Made by a program: the position numbers and the translations under genes | The notes under the pieces: generated by a model | What the model was told of the DNA's origin: nothing | The model's database searches: none | Seen by the model: only the letters and a program-made list of their open reading frames with translations | Part shown: piece by piece, positions 17,089-25,066 of the stretch | How positions within the stretch are numbered: the first letter of the stretch is position 1 | Layout of the letters: the number at the start of each line of letters is the position of its first letter | Assembly: GCA_043739185.1 (NCBI GenBank) | Contig: JAYUEN010000500.1 | Coordinates: 1 to 28,543, forward strand | Direction of reading: 5' to 3' | From: Bdellovibrionales bacterium | GTDB taxonomy: Bacteria > Bdellovibrionota > Bdellovibrionia > Bdellovibrionales > JAMPXM01 | Length of the DNA: 28,543 bases

Positions 17089-19008
17089 ATGAGAATATAT
17101 GGTATTTGGCGAATGCTTGCTGTCAAACTTGTGTTCAAAAATATTCAGGTCTTTTTTAAATGCCTACTCGTTTGCGGAGCCCTGGCTTCATTTATGGGTT
17201 GTGGCGACTCTGGTTTTTCAACTTTGACTGTGAATGCAGGGGCGGCCAAACTCAGTAATTTAGCGACAAATAATAGTTTGCCCGTGCTGTTTCAAAATGC
17301 GCATTCAGGTCTTTGTCTTCACTCGGCTTCAGGCATATTGCAGAGCAACCTAAACCTAGTTCAAGGTGCATGTGATGCTTCAGCTCTCTTGATTTCTGAA
17401 AATGCTTTTGGTTCAAATCTAGAGCTCAGAATTGCCGGGACCGGATATTGTTTAGACGCAGGTTCAAACGCAACTGCAAATGCTTCTCCGGTAAAAATAT
17501 GGTCTTGCGATAATTCATTAGAGCAACGATTCACTCCTTTCGGCTCAAGTTCATTTCGGTCGGTGAGATCCGGCAAGTGTTTCGATATCGGTGGCAGCGG
17601 TAAAGCTCAAATTTGGAGTTGTGATAACTCTGACAATCAATTATTTACTCTTCTGAGTTTAATTTCTCCAACTCCTACGCCGAACCCATCGCCGGTCATT
17701 TCACTTTCTGTTCAAGGAGCTCCTAACTTAGCACTCAACGGAACTTCGACAATGGTTTCAGTTGGCTTTGTTAGTGGAACTCCAATACGTGTCGATTTGT
17801 CTCGTGATGGCTTTCCGACATTTGCAAGTTACCCAGCTGGTTCATTTTTTAGCTTGTCCTCTGACGGAAAATCTCTTACTGGCCAATGGTGTATTTCGAG
17901 CTCATGTTGGGGCAATGTAAGTGGTATTCATATTTTAAATGTTGTTGCCACTTATGCAAATGGGCTAACAGCAAATGCATCCGTGAGTTTAAATGTTGCG
18001 GATTCACAGCCCGCACCAACTCCGGCTCCAACGCCAGTTTCTCTGCCTCCACCAAGTGGAGTTGAGTACACAGGTGTGAGTGCTTCAATGTGGTCTGAGA
18101 TTAATTCAAAGAGATCAAGTTACGGTGATCCTAATGATTGTCAGGCTCGGATCAATGCTCTTCCTACGTCTGGTGGCGTGACTCTGCAACCGGGTGCAGA
18201 TATCAATTCCGCACTTGCAAATAACAATGTGGTTTTTTTATCTGGTGGAACTTATAACTTGAGCAGCCCGATAAATGTGCCTGATGGTAAAAAGCTCATA
18301 GGTATATCGGGCCAGAATGTTATCTTAAATGCAATCAATTCGGATCGGGGAGTGCAGCTAGGCAATAGTGCCGCTGTTGCCAATCTCACCATTGATAGTG
18401 CTGTGACCTTTGGTGCATTAACCTTTCTTCCTGGCTATGGTTATACGAGCAATGCCTTGCTGTACCGACTAGTTATTCGCAATACCGGATACTATAGCGC
18501 TACGAGTGATGGTGGTGAGGGAATATATATCAGCGGTGACGATGCCTCTCAAGTTTCAGCCTACAATTGTATTGTGAGTGTTGATGTATCTAATACTTGG
18601 AATGAAGTGGGCGGAGTCAATGCCAACGGTGGTAATGCGGATGGTATAGATAATAACTATGGCGCTCACGATAATACCTATATTGATATGTATACTCACC
18701 ACAACGGCGATGATGGCTTTGATACATGGCATGGAGGAGTGACTTATGTTTACTTCAGTGCTTCACATGACAACGCGAAGGTGCCGAATAAAGCCAATGC
18801 CGGAAACGGCAATGGATTCAAACTTGGGCCTTCATCTGCAGGCATTTGCGGTAGTGGCGTAGTTCAATATCTGTATAAAGTTTCAGCCTTCAACAACGTG
18901 GCTTACGGTATCGATATCAACGGCAACTTGTATGATCCCGTACTCGACTTTCTCAACTCCTATGGCAACGGATATGGTGCGGACTATACACATACGCCTT
19001 GTCCTTGA
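17089..19008 (+). CDS. Lipoprotein with a ricin-B lectin domain, a beta-sandwich domain and a PL9-type right-handed beta-helix polysaccharide lyase domain
   Basis: Lipobox FMGC; ricin QxW-type repeats (CLD...KIWSC...QRF, CFD...QIWSC...NQLF); Pro/Thr linkers; PL9 motifs GGNADG, NGDDGFD and GNGNGFKLG. Confidence 0.8.
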   Translation: MRIYGIWRMLAVKLVFKNIQVFFKCLLVCGALASFMGCGDSGFSTLTVNAGAAKLSNLATNNSLPVLFQNAHSGLCLHSASGILQSNLNLVQGACDASALLISENAFGSNLELRIAGTGYCLDAGSNATANASPVKIWSCDNSLEQRFTPFGSSSFRSVRSGKCFDIGGSGKAQIWSCDNSDNQLFTLLSLISPTPTPNPSPVISLSVQGAPNLALNGTSTMVSVGFVSGTPIRVDLSRDGFPTFASYPAGSFFSLSSDGKSLTGQWCISSSCWGNVSGIHILNVVATYANGLTANASVSLNVADSQPAPTPAPTPVSLPPPSGVEYTGVSASMWSEINSKRSSYGDPNDCQARINALPTSGGVTLQPGADINSALANNNVVFLSGGTYNLSSPINVPDGKKLIGISGQNVILNAINSDRGVQLGNSAAVANLTIDSAVTFGALTFLPGYGYTSNALLYRLVIRNTGYYSATSDGGEGIYISGDDASQVSAYNCIVSVDVSNTWNEVGGVNANGGNADGIDNNYGAHDNTYIDMYTHHNGDDGFDTWHGGVTYVYFSASHDNAKVPNKANAGNGNGFKLGPSSAGICGSGVVQYLYKVSAFNNVAYGIDINGNLYDPVLDFLNSYGNGYGADYTHTPCP

Positions 19009-19080
19009 GTAGGGATGGGGTTGCCGGCGCCGGCTGATTCTGATCTTGACAGCTTTGAAGCTTAGTCTGAGTCTAGAAAT

Positions 19081-19557
19081 ATGAAAGTTAAACTTTTATT
19101 TCTAATTCTACTTATCGTTCCCGGCGCATTTGCATCTGATTTTGTCTTGGCTAAGAATACAAAATGTAAGATCTTTTTAAAGCCCTCTCAAGTAAACCTG
19201 AAAGTAAATTGGCACGGGCGTTGTGAAAATGGCTTTGCCGATGGCTTAGGTGTAATCCGTTATATGAGCGGAAGCAAAGTTGATTCAACTTATTATGGTC
19301 AGCTAAAAAAAGCCTATTGGGATCTGGGAGTATATGAAAGCGCTGATGGCTTTTTAGCTGGCCAATTTAAAAACAACGAACAGATATCTGTTAAAGATGC
19401 CAATGGCATCGAAGATCGCAATGTGACAATTCATGCTTTTGAAAGTGCAAGTAAAGCAGCGATTCAGTTAAGTCAGGAATTCGAAAAACTGGGTAACAAG
19501 AATTCTGCTAAATACTATAAAATTGAGGCTGAGAAACTTTCCGGTCAGATGGATTGA
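19081..19557 (+). CDS. Secreted hypothetical protein with MORN-like beta-hairpin segments
   Basis: Signal peptide ending AFA; WHGRCENGFADGLG, YYGQLKK and LAGQFKN patterns. Confidence 0.7.
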   Translation: MKVKLLFLILLIVPGAFASDFVLAKNTKCKIFLKPSQVNLKVNWHGRCENGFADGLGVIRYMSGSKVDSTYYGQLKKAYWDLGVYESADGFLAGQFKNNEQISVKDANGIEDRNVTIHAFESASKAAIQLSQEFEKLGNKNSAKYYKIEAEKLSGQMD

Positions 19558-19584
19558 TGTTTTATAAATTCACTAGGCTTATTT

Positions 19585-19965
19585 ATGAAAAGAAAAATCG
19601 CGCTGCTATTTGTTTTTTTATTTTTGTCTGTAATTCTGATGGCCGAAATGCTTGGGATTACTTGGTCTCAGGAAGTCAAGTTTACCTCTTGTCAGCCGAA
19701 AGAATTGAGTTACGGTTCCTTTGAGCCATATTGTTTTCAAGTCATAAAGCTAAAGCAGCCACTTCATTCACGAAATATCATCTTGATATCGAAGAAAATA
19801 GAACCCAATTACGGATTTGTCATTAATTTCCCCACCACTGATATTATCGGCAAAGAGGAGCTAGATGGGCTGCAGGTTCAATGGCAAGCAGAAGGTCTGC
19901 AAATCGAAACCATTTGGAAGGTGAGGCTGTTTATTCCTAAAGAAAAATTCATCGGCGGGCGTTGA
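19585..19965 (+). CDS. Hypothetical exported or membrane-anchored protein
   Basis: Basic N-terminus plus hydrophobic helix; 126 aa; 27 nt after the previous gene. Confidence 0.7.
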   Translation: MKRKIALLFVFLFLSVILMAEMLGITWSQEVKFTSCQPKELSYGSFEPYCFQVIKLKQPLHSRNIILISKKIEPNYGFVINFPTTDIIGKEELDGLQVQWQAEGLQIETIWKVRLFIPKEKFIGGR

Positions 19966-20067
19966 TTCATTTCAAATTGAAGCACTAGTCTAATATTGAA
20001 ATTCGGATTTTGTTTTACAGATATATTGCCGAAAAAGAATGTACTAATGAAACGAGTCGGAGTCCAA

Positions 20068-20328
20068 ATGCAACTGGGTAAATTCTTAACAACTGAAGTT
20101 TTAAGGGCAAATCGAAATCTAATATTTGTAAATTTAGTAAGTGTGTTCCTAGTTGGCTGGATAGTATTTGTTAGCAGAGATTACTATGCTAGTTTTTTTA
20201 AAGGTCCAGTAAATATGAGTGTTGATGCATTAGACGCTCGGGGAAGAGGTAAAAGAGAAGTTAATTTTGTCTCTGTTTCGGGAGATAAAAGTTTTCAAAG
20301 TGTAAGAGGAGCTGGTCTTTTGCTGTAA
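20068..20328 (+). pseudogene. Probably 3'-truncated membrane protein gene (resembles the N-terminus of DUF6709-like proteins)
   Basis: GGAG RBS; RANRNL, a TM, YYASFFKGP and FVSVSGDK, then a stop after 86 aa, 3 nt from the end of the convergent gene. Family recalled from memory. Confidence 0.4.
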
Positions 20329-20331
20329 AGC

Positions 20332-23001
20332 TCACTCGTCTGCTGGCAAACTCTTTAAAAAATTCAAGCCAACTTTATTGAAAACGGCATGGCCCTCTTT
20401 AGGCCCAAATTTTTGAACGACATATTCCCTTTGCTGAGCGCTCAAATCTTCGAAAGTCGTTTCAGTAACACTTTGAACGCGAACTAAAGCCCGTCGCAGA
20501 CGTTTAATTATTTTGCGAGATGGTTTCTCTCGTTTGATCGAGTAAAGCGGAATCTTTTGGCCGACCACAAAGCATCCATCTTGAGGCCCAATCAAGACTT
20601 CAATTTGCTTTTGGGCCTCAAGTCTTGCCGCGTTTGCAAAGGAAACTTCAATTTCTTTATTGGGCGGCTCGGTTCGACAATCTAAGCTGCGATCAAGCTT
20701 TTCTGTGCTTCGCGCTTCAAAGTGGCTAGGTTCTATAAGCTTTATAGTCTGCAATCCGACGCTAACTATCACGAGACAAAGAATTGCCAATTTGATTTTC
20801 ATGCTTTTAAAAAATTGCGACGTGATCAGAAACAGAAAAGCTAAAACATAAAAAACGGCTGCGCCTTTCATGGTCGCGTAAAAGCCATATTGCAATTGAA
20901 TGTAAATAGCAAAAGGAACTCCCAGAAGAGTTCCTAAATTTTCAATGGTATAGGCTTTTGAACGTTCCTTCCCTTCAAAGTGGCGCAAAAGCCAAATATA
21001 GGGGAGTTCGGCGCAAACTCCGATCGGCGCAATTAGTAAGACAAAAATCAAAACTCGCAATACAGTGTTTTGAAGTCCTAGAATTTGAGTTTTTGCGGCC
21101 TCTAAAATATATGGGACTGCATAAATATAAATCGCTAAGAACAGTAAACTCCATTTAGAAAAAAGTTCAGAAACCTTTAGACCAAGTAGGCCGCCGATAA
21201 TTCCAAAAGCATACATGCTAACAAATAATACGGGTGTCGATAATTGTGGATCTCCTAAATACAAAGACAGCGGACCAATTGCCGCCGATATGAGCAAAAT
21301 GAATCCGGCGCCAATTAAGAAAAGCGACCAAGAATATTCAGACGCCGTAAGCGTATGACTACCGGTTGTATTTATTTTTGAAAAAATCGAAAAGCCTGCG
21401 AAAGCTAAAATTCCCAACAGTATGACCTGGCAACCCTTCAAAAACCACAAAATTAGATCTGAGTTTACGACAAAATAAGGATGTTCATCAATAATCGGAA
21501 ATTTCAGGCTTGATGAAATTTGCTCGGTTGGCAAAACACTCACTTCATTTTCTGCAAATATAGCACGAGTCTCTTCATCAAGTGAAATCTCTTTTTTACA
21601 AAGTAGCAAGCCCTCTCGCACCTTGCGGTTGGCACCATTTGGATTGTTCTTACTTTGGCGATAATTTACAAACAGGCTTTGGCGATCGAAACTTGGCAAG
21701 CTGAGCTCGGCCTTGGCCATTTGCAATACACTCTGCACGAGAGTACTTTGGCGGCCTCCGTTTTGAACACTCCATCTATATTCTTCAATCCAAAGGCAAC
21801 CATCTTCGGTCATGCGTCCCCACAAAGTAAGAAGGGATTCTTTGGTCAAAAGATGAGATTCGAGAAGTGACATATTAATAAAATTACTGTGACTACCGGT
21901 TTGAACTCCTTGCAAAGTGATGAGATCAAATTTTTCAGCTGTGGTTTCAACAAAATGTCTACCTTCGTCGACGACAATTTTTACTTTCGGATCGGTGTAA
22001 ATGCCGCCTGAAAAATCTCGAAGTTGATGGGTCATTATTTCGCTTACGGCAGGATTGATATCGAGTGCAATCACCGAATCTGCATTAAATTTTAGAGCAG
22101 AAATAATGTTGTTGCCTTCAGCTGAGCCAATGACTAAAACTCTTTTAGGTTTTTTAACTAAGTAGGGAACATCATAGCTTGGTATGAATGAAGACTGTTT
22201 GCGATGTTCAACTCGCTCAGCAGAGGCAACCACTGCAAAGCGCCGACCATTGGTTACTATTATGTAGCGATCATCTTCTGTATGAAAAAGGTCGGTGCGA
22301 ATGAGGGGGGTATAAATTGGTGACATTGCTTTTGAAGAAGCCTTGAAACCTTCCAAAAGACTTTCAGTTAAAAGTTTGGGCTCATAAAAACCGCGCATCT
22401 GTAAAATTACGGCAATTGTTGCCGTCAGCGCACAGAGGGCCCACATTTTCTTTTCAAACTTAAAGGCGGCATTTCCGATTGGTAGGAGGATGGCGATCAA
22501 TGCAAGGTAAGGCGCGATCCACTGAAAAAATACGCCCATTATTAAGTAAAGAGCTAGGCCCCCGACTCCGAAGCCAATCACCAATGACTTGAGGTTCAAT
22601 TGGGCATAGCAAGAAGAAAGGTATGCGCCATAGCCCATAAATGGAATTGTTGCCCAGAGTAAGCCTAATTTTGGTTCAAAACAAAATGCCCCTACGGAGA
22701 ATGCTGAAAGTACCGAAGAAATCAGCGCCCATTGATAAGGCGAAAGATTCGAAAGTTTACGGGCGTGAAATATGAGATTTCCGAGCGAAATACCCATGAA
22801 AATTACGACTGGAATAATATTAAGATAAATATCCTGCAGGAGGTAAGTCGCAAAATTATTGATGACGATTTCGGCTAAAAGTAGGCCGGAAGTTCCGATG
22901 CCGAGACTTGAAACATCATTCCAGTTCACGTTGTCGCGAGCAATTGATTTTATTTTGGATTGCTTTTCATTCATTTGATCATTCACTTTTTTATTCGGCA
23001 T
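20332..23001 (-). CDS. Polytopic membrane spermidine synthase-like (aminopropyl/methyltransferase fold) protein with a C-terminal ASCH-like domain
   Basis: N-terminal TM bundle; class I SAM-binding core KRVLVIGSAEG, LDINP, VVDEGRHFV, KFDLI and LLTKE; second TM bundle; soluble C-terminal domain. Start could be 23010, 23001 or 22974. Confidence 0.85.
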   Translation of the reverse strand: MPNKKVNDQMNEKQSKIKSIARDNVNWNDVSSLGIGTSGLLLAEIVINNFATYLLQDIYLNIIPVVIFMGISLGNLIFHARKLSNLSPYQWALISSVLSAFSVGAFCFEPKLGLLWATIPFMGYGAYLSSCYAQLNLKSLVIGFGVGGLALYLIMGVFFQWIAPYLALIAILLPIGNAAFKFEKKMWALCALTATIAVILQMRGFYEPKLLTESLLEGFKASSKAMSPIYTPLIRTDLFHTEDDRYIIVTNGRRFAVVASAERVEHRKQSSFIPSYDVPYLVKKPKRVLVIGSAEGNNIISALKFNADSVIALDINPAVSEIMTHQLRDFSGGIYTDPKVKIVVDEGRHFVETTAEKFDLITLQGVQTGSHSNFINMSLLESHLLTKESLLTLWGRMTEDGCLWIEEYRWSVQNGGRQSTLVQSVLQMAKAELSLPSFDRQSLFVNYRQSKNNPNGANRKVREGLLLCKKEISLDEETRAIFAENEVSVLPTEQISSSLKFPIIDEHPYFVVNSDLILWFLKGCQVILLGILAFAGFSIFSKINTTGSHTLTASEYSWSLFLIGAGFILLISAAIGPLSLYLGDPQLSTPVLFVSMYAFGIIGGLLGLKVSELFSKWSLLFLAIYIYAVPYILEAAKTQILGLQNTVLRVLIFVLLIAPIGVCAELPYIWLLRHFEGKERSKAYTIENLGTLLGVPFAIYIQLQYGFYATMKGAAVFYVLAFLFLITSQFFKSMKIKLAILCLVIVSVGLQTIKLIEPSHFEARSTEKLDRSLDCRTEPPNKEIEVSFANAARLEAQKQIEVLIGPQDGCFVVGQKIPLYSIKREKPSRKIIKRLRRALVRVQSVTETTFEDLSAQQREYVVQKFGPKEGHAVFNKVGLNFLKSLPADE

Positions 23002-23896
23002 TTCGAGCAAATGATATTTTTAATTTTGCCAGGTTTGAGATTTGTAAGTTTTGCGATTTAAATTCAATATTGTTTATCATATTGGCTGATGCTGGCTGTT
23101 CACCGAATTGATGAATTTGAATTTCAAATTGTTTGCAAATAAAAAATTCGAGGATGTAGTGAATGATCACATTGAGCTGGACATTCTTTAGCGTATTGAG
23201 TTCAAAGCTAATATAAGGATGGGGCTCGTCAGGGCTAAAGTGATAGCAATAAAAATCGAGATCTTTGATCGCGTTTATAGAGTATCCAATCGGTTCAAAA
23301 TCGTGGCTATCGACTTGAAAATCCTTCAAATAGCCACTCGTTTCCTTAGCAAAAATTCGAGCAATTCGCTCAGTTGAGCGGGCTTTTAAAAAACTATTTA
23401 GGCAATTACGATCGGGATCAAACATGAGAACTTGAATCGAAGTCGAAAGATTTTCAAAGTGGGTCTTGTCTTTTTGGTAAAATAAACTAAGACCTTTCAG
23501 GTTTGCAATTGAGTCTAACTTTGATTTGAGCAGCTCATAAATTTGAAGTTGAGTTCTTTCAAAATAATGGTCTGGAGATGGCACCAAGCCACGGCGTTGA
23601 TAGGTGACAAAATTAAGTTTGGCATCATTGAAATATTTCAGAATTGATCGAGTGAGGGCTAAAACATCTGCATCGCCACAAGTAATGATTTGGATGCGAT
23701 GGGGTAAAACAAATAGACTTGATTCAGATAAAATAAAGGCTGCAATATTTTCTGTTTTCGTTTCAGAAACAATTTTTATTTTTGCTGGGACCAAAAGCTC
23801 CTTCCAAAAGGAAGTATTATAATTGAGCAAGTTCGGGCCGGAAGCTTCGAAAAAGAAGTCGAGACGCTCTTCGATGTTGTATACTTTATCTGTCAT
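22991..23896 (-). CDS. speD: S-adenosylmethionine decarboxylase proenzyme, eukaryote-like class 2
   Basis: FFFE, pyruvoyl self-cleavage motif ILSESSLFV, TCG, FEPIGYSIN and HFSPDE...YISFE. Start could be 23896, 23908 or 23929. Confidence 0.85.
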   Translation of the reverse strand: MTDKVYNIEERLDFFFEASGPNLLNYNTSFWKELLVPAKIKIVSETKTENIAAFILSESSLFVLPHRIQIITCGDADVLALTRSILKYFNDAKLNFVTYQRRGLVPSPDHYFERTQLQIYELLKSKLDSIANLKGLSLFYQKDKTHFENLSTSIQVLMFDPDRNCLNSFLKARSTERIARIFAKETSGYLKDFQVDSHDFEPIGYSINAIKDLDFYCYHFSPDEPHPYISFELNTLKNVQLNVIIHYILEFFICKQFEIQIHQFGEQPASANMINNIEFKSQNLQISNLAKLKISFARNAE

Positions 23897-24407
23897 TCGA
23901 ACTTTCATTCTTCCAGGGCTGAAATTCATGACTGAGAGTCACGACCTCCGCGGACTTTGTTAACTTACTTGCATCTAAACTATGGTAGAGTTTTAAGATA
24001 CGATACCACATTTTACCTTTTTCTAGATGATAAGCATGATGATAACACAAACAATCGAATTTAAAATCAAGCGCCCTGATGCCGGGCTGAATTTCATGTG
24101 GAGCCACAAAAAAATCAGCCTTCATTTGAGACTTACTTTTTAGTACCAATCCAATGATTTTAGTTTCTCCTGCGGTCATTTCAATTTCGTTGCCTTTAAA
24201 CTCGCGTAGAGGTTCGAGCTGACGAATATCAATGAGGCTACCATTGGTTCCAACCTTATCGGCTCTGGTGGGTGAAAGTTCAAAGCTTTGAACACTAAAA
24301 TCAAGTGGCGTAGAATTACTAAATTTCAGCTTATAAATTGTCTTAGCAAAGCCAGATTGAGCTATCAGCAGGAGAGCAAGGCAAATGTATAAGTAATAAT
24401 TACGCAA
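23886..24407 (-). CDS. Exported Cox11/CtaG-like (Leptospira Lsa20-like) putative copper-binding protein
   Basis: AAGGAG RBS plus TTG at 24407; signal peptide ending GFA; FFVAPH and FKFDCLCYHHAY...WYRI motifs. Confidence 0.7.
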   Translation of the reverse strand: MRNYYLYICLALLLIAQSGFAKTIYKLKFSNSTPLDFSVQSFELSPTRADKVGTNGSLIDIRQLEPLREFKGNEIEMTAGETKIIGLVLKSKSQMKADFFVAPHEIQPGIRALDFKFDCLCYHHAYHLEKGKMWYRILKLYHSLDASKLTKSAEVVTLSHEFQPWKNESSNDR

Positions 24408-24411
24408 GTGC

Positions 24412-25023
24412 TTACTCCTTCTTTTCAGGAGGATCATATAACAATTGTCGATAATCTTTGACTGCTTTTGCCTCAGAAATTTCGATAAGGCTATGCGACA
24501 ACAAAACAAGATCCTGATTCTTCTTAGCAATTTTTGTAAAATCGGCTTCGAGTCTCACAATTCTATACCAAATCATCTTTGCCGGAAGCTTGTAAACATG
24601 GTGATTGCAAAAGCATTCAAAAATGACCCCCATGCTAACATTTCCGGGGTGAAAGGTGTGTGGAGTTGCAAAAAAATATCTAGTGTGGTCAGATTTATTT
24701 TCTACTACTAATACAAAGGTCTTGGCCTTATTTTCCCTTGAAAATGCGAGCTCACTTTTGATGGGTTCAGTAACTGGAATTTCTTTTATTGAACTTGCAA
24801 GCGATGTACGTGCCACCGAAAAGTTAAACTCACTTTTCACATCGTATAGCTTAAGCCGTAAGTCTGTATCTTTGTAGTCGAAGTGCAATTTGACTCGTAG
24901 ATTGAAGTCGGCGCCGTTGACCACGGTACCGATAAACTGGGATGCAATTAAAGCGAATCCCAAGAAACAAATTCTTAATAAATGACTAAAATCGGCAATA
25001 TTGGTCGATAAATAGATTTTCAC
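24412..25023 (-). CDS. Exported Cox11/CtaG-like putative copper-binding protein (paralog)
   Basis: N-terminal hydrophobic segment; YFFATPH and IFECFCNHHVY...WYRI, matching the Cox11 ECFC motif; GTG start with GAGAG upstream. Confidence 0.7.
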   Translation of the reverse strand: MKIYLSTNIADFSHLLRICFLGFALIASQFIGTVVNGADFNLRVKLHFDYKDTDLRLKLYDVKSEFNFSVARTSLASSIKEIPVTEPIKSELAFSRENKAKTFVLVVENKSDHTRYFFATPHTFHPGNVSMGVIFECFCNHHVYKLPAKMIWYRIVRLEADFTKIAKKNQDLVLLSHSLIEISEAKAVKDYRQLLYDPPEKKE

Positions 25024-25066
25024 GTTTGCTCTCTCATGCAGTTAAGAATAATACTAACATTAACAT

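Noticed and set aside
19023..19034. Palindrome GCCGGCGCCGGC after the PL9 gene
   Set aside because: A single short palindrome without a U tract; its function cannot be supported.
20332..23001. Calling the transferase a canonical speE
   Set aside because: It is about three times the normal length, has two TM bundles and lacks the catalytic Asp.
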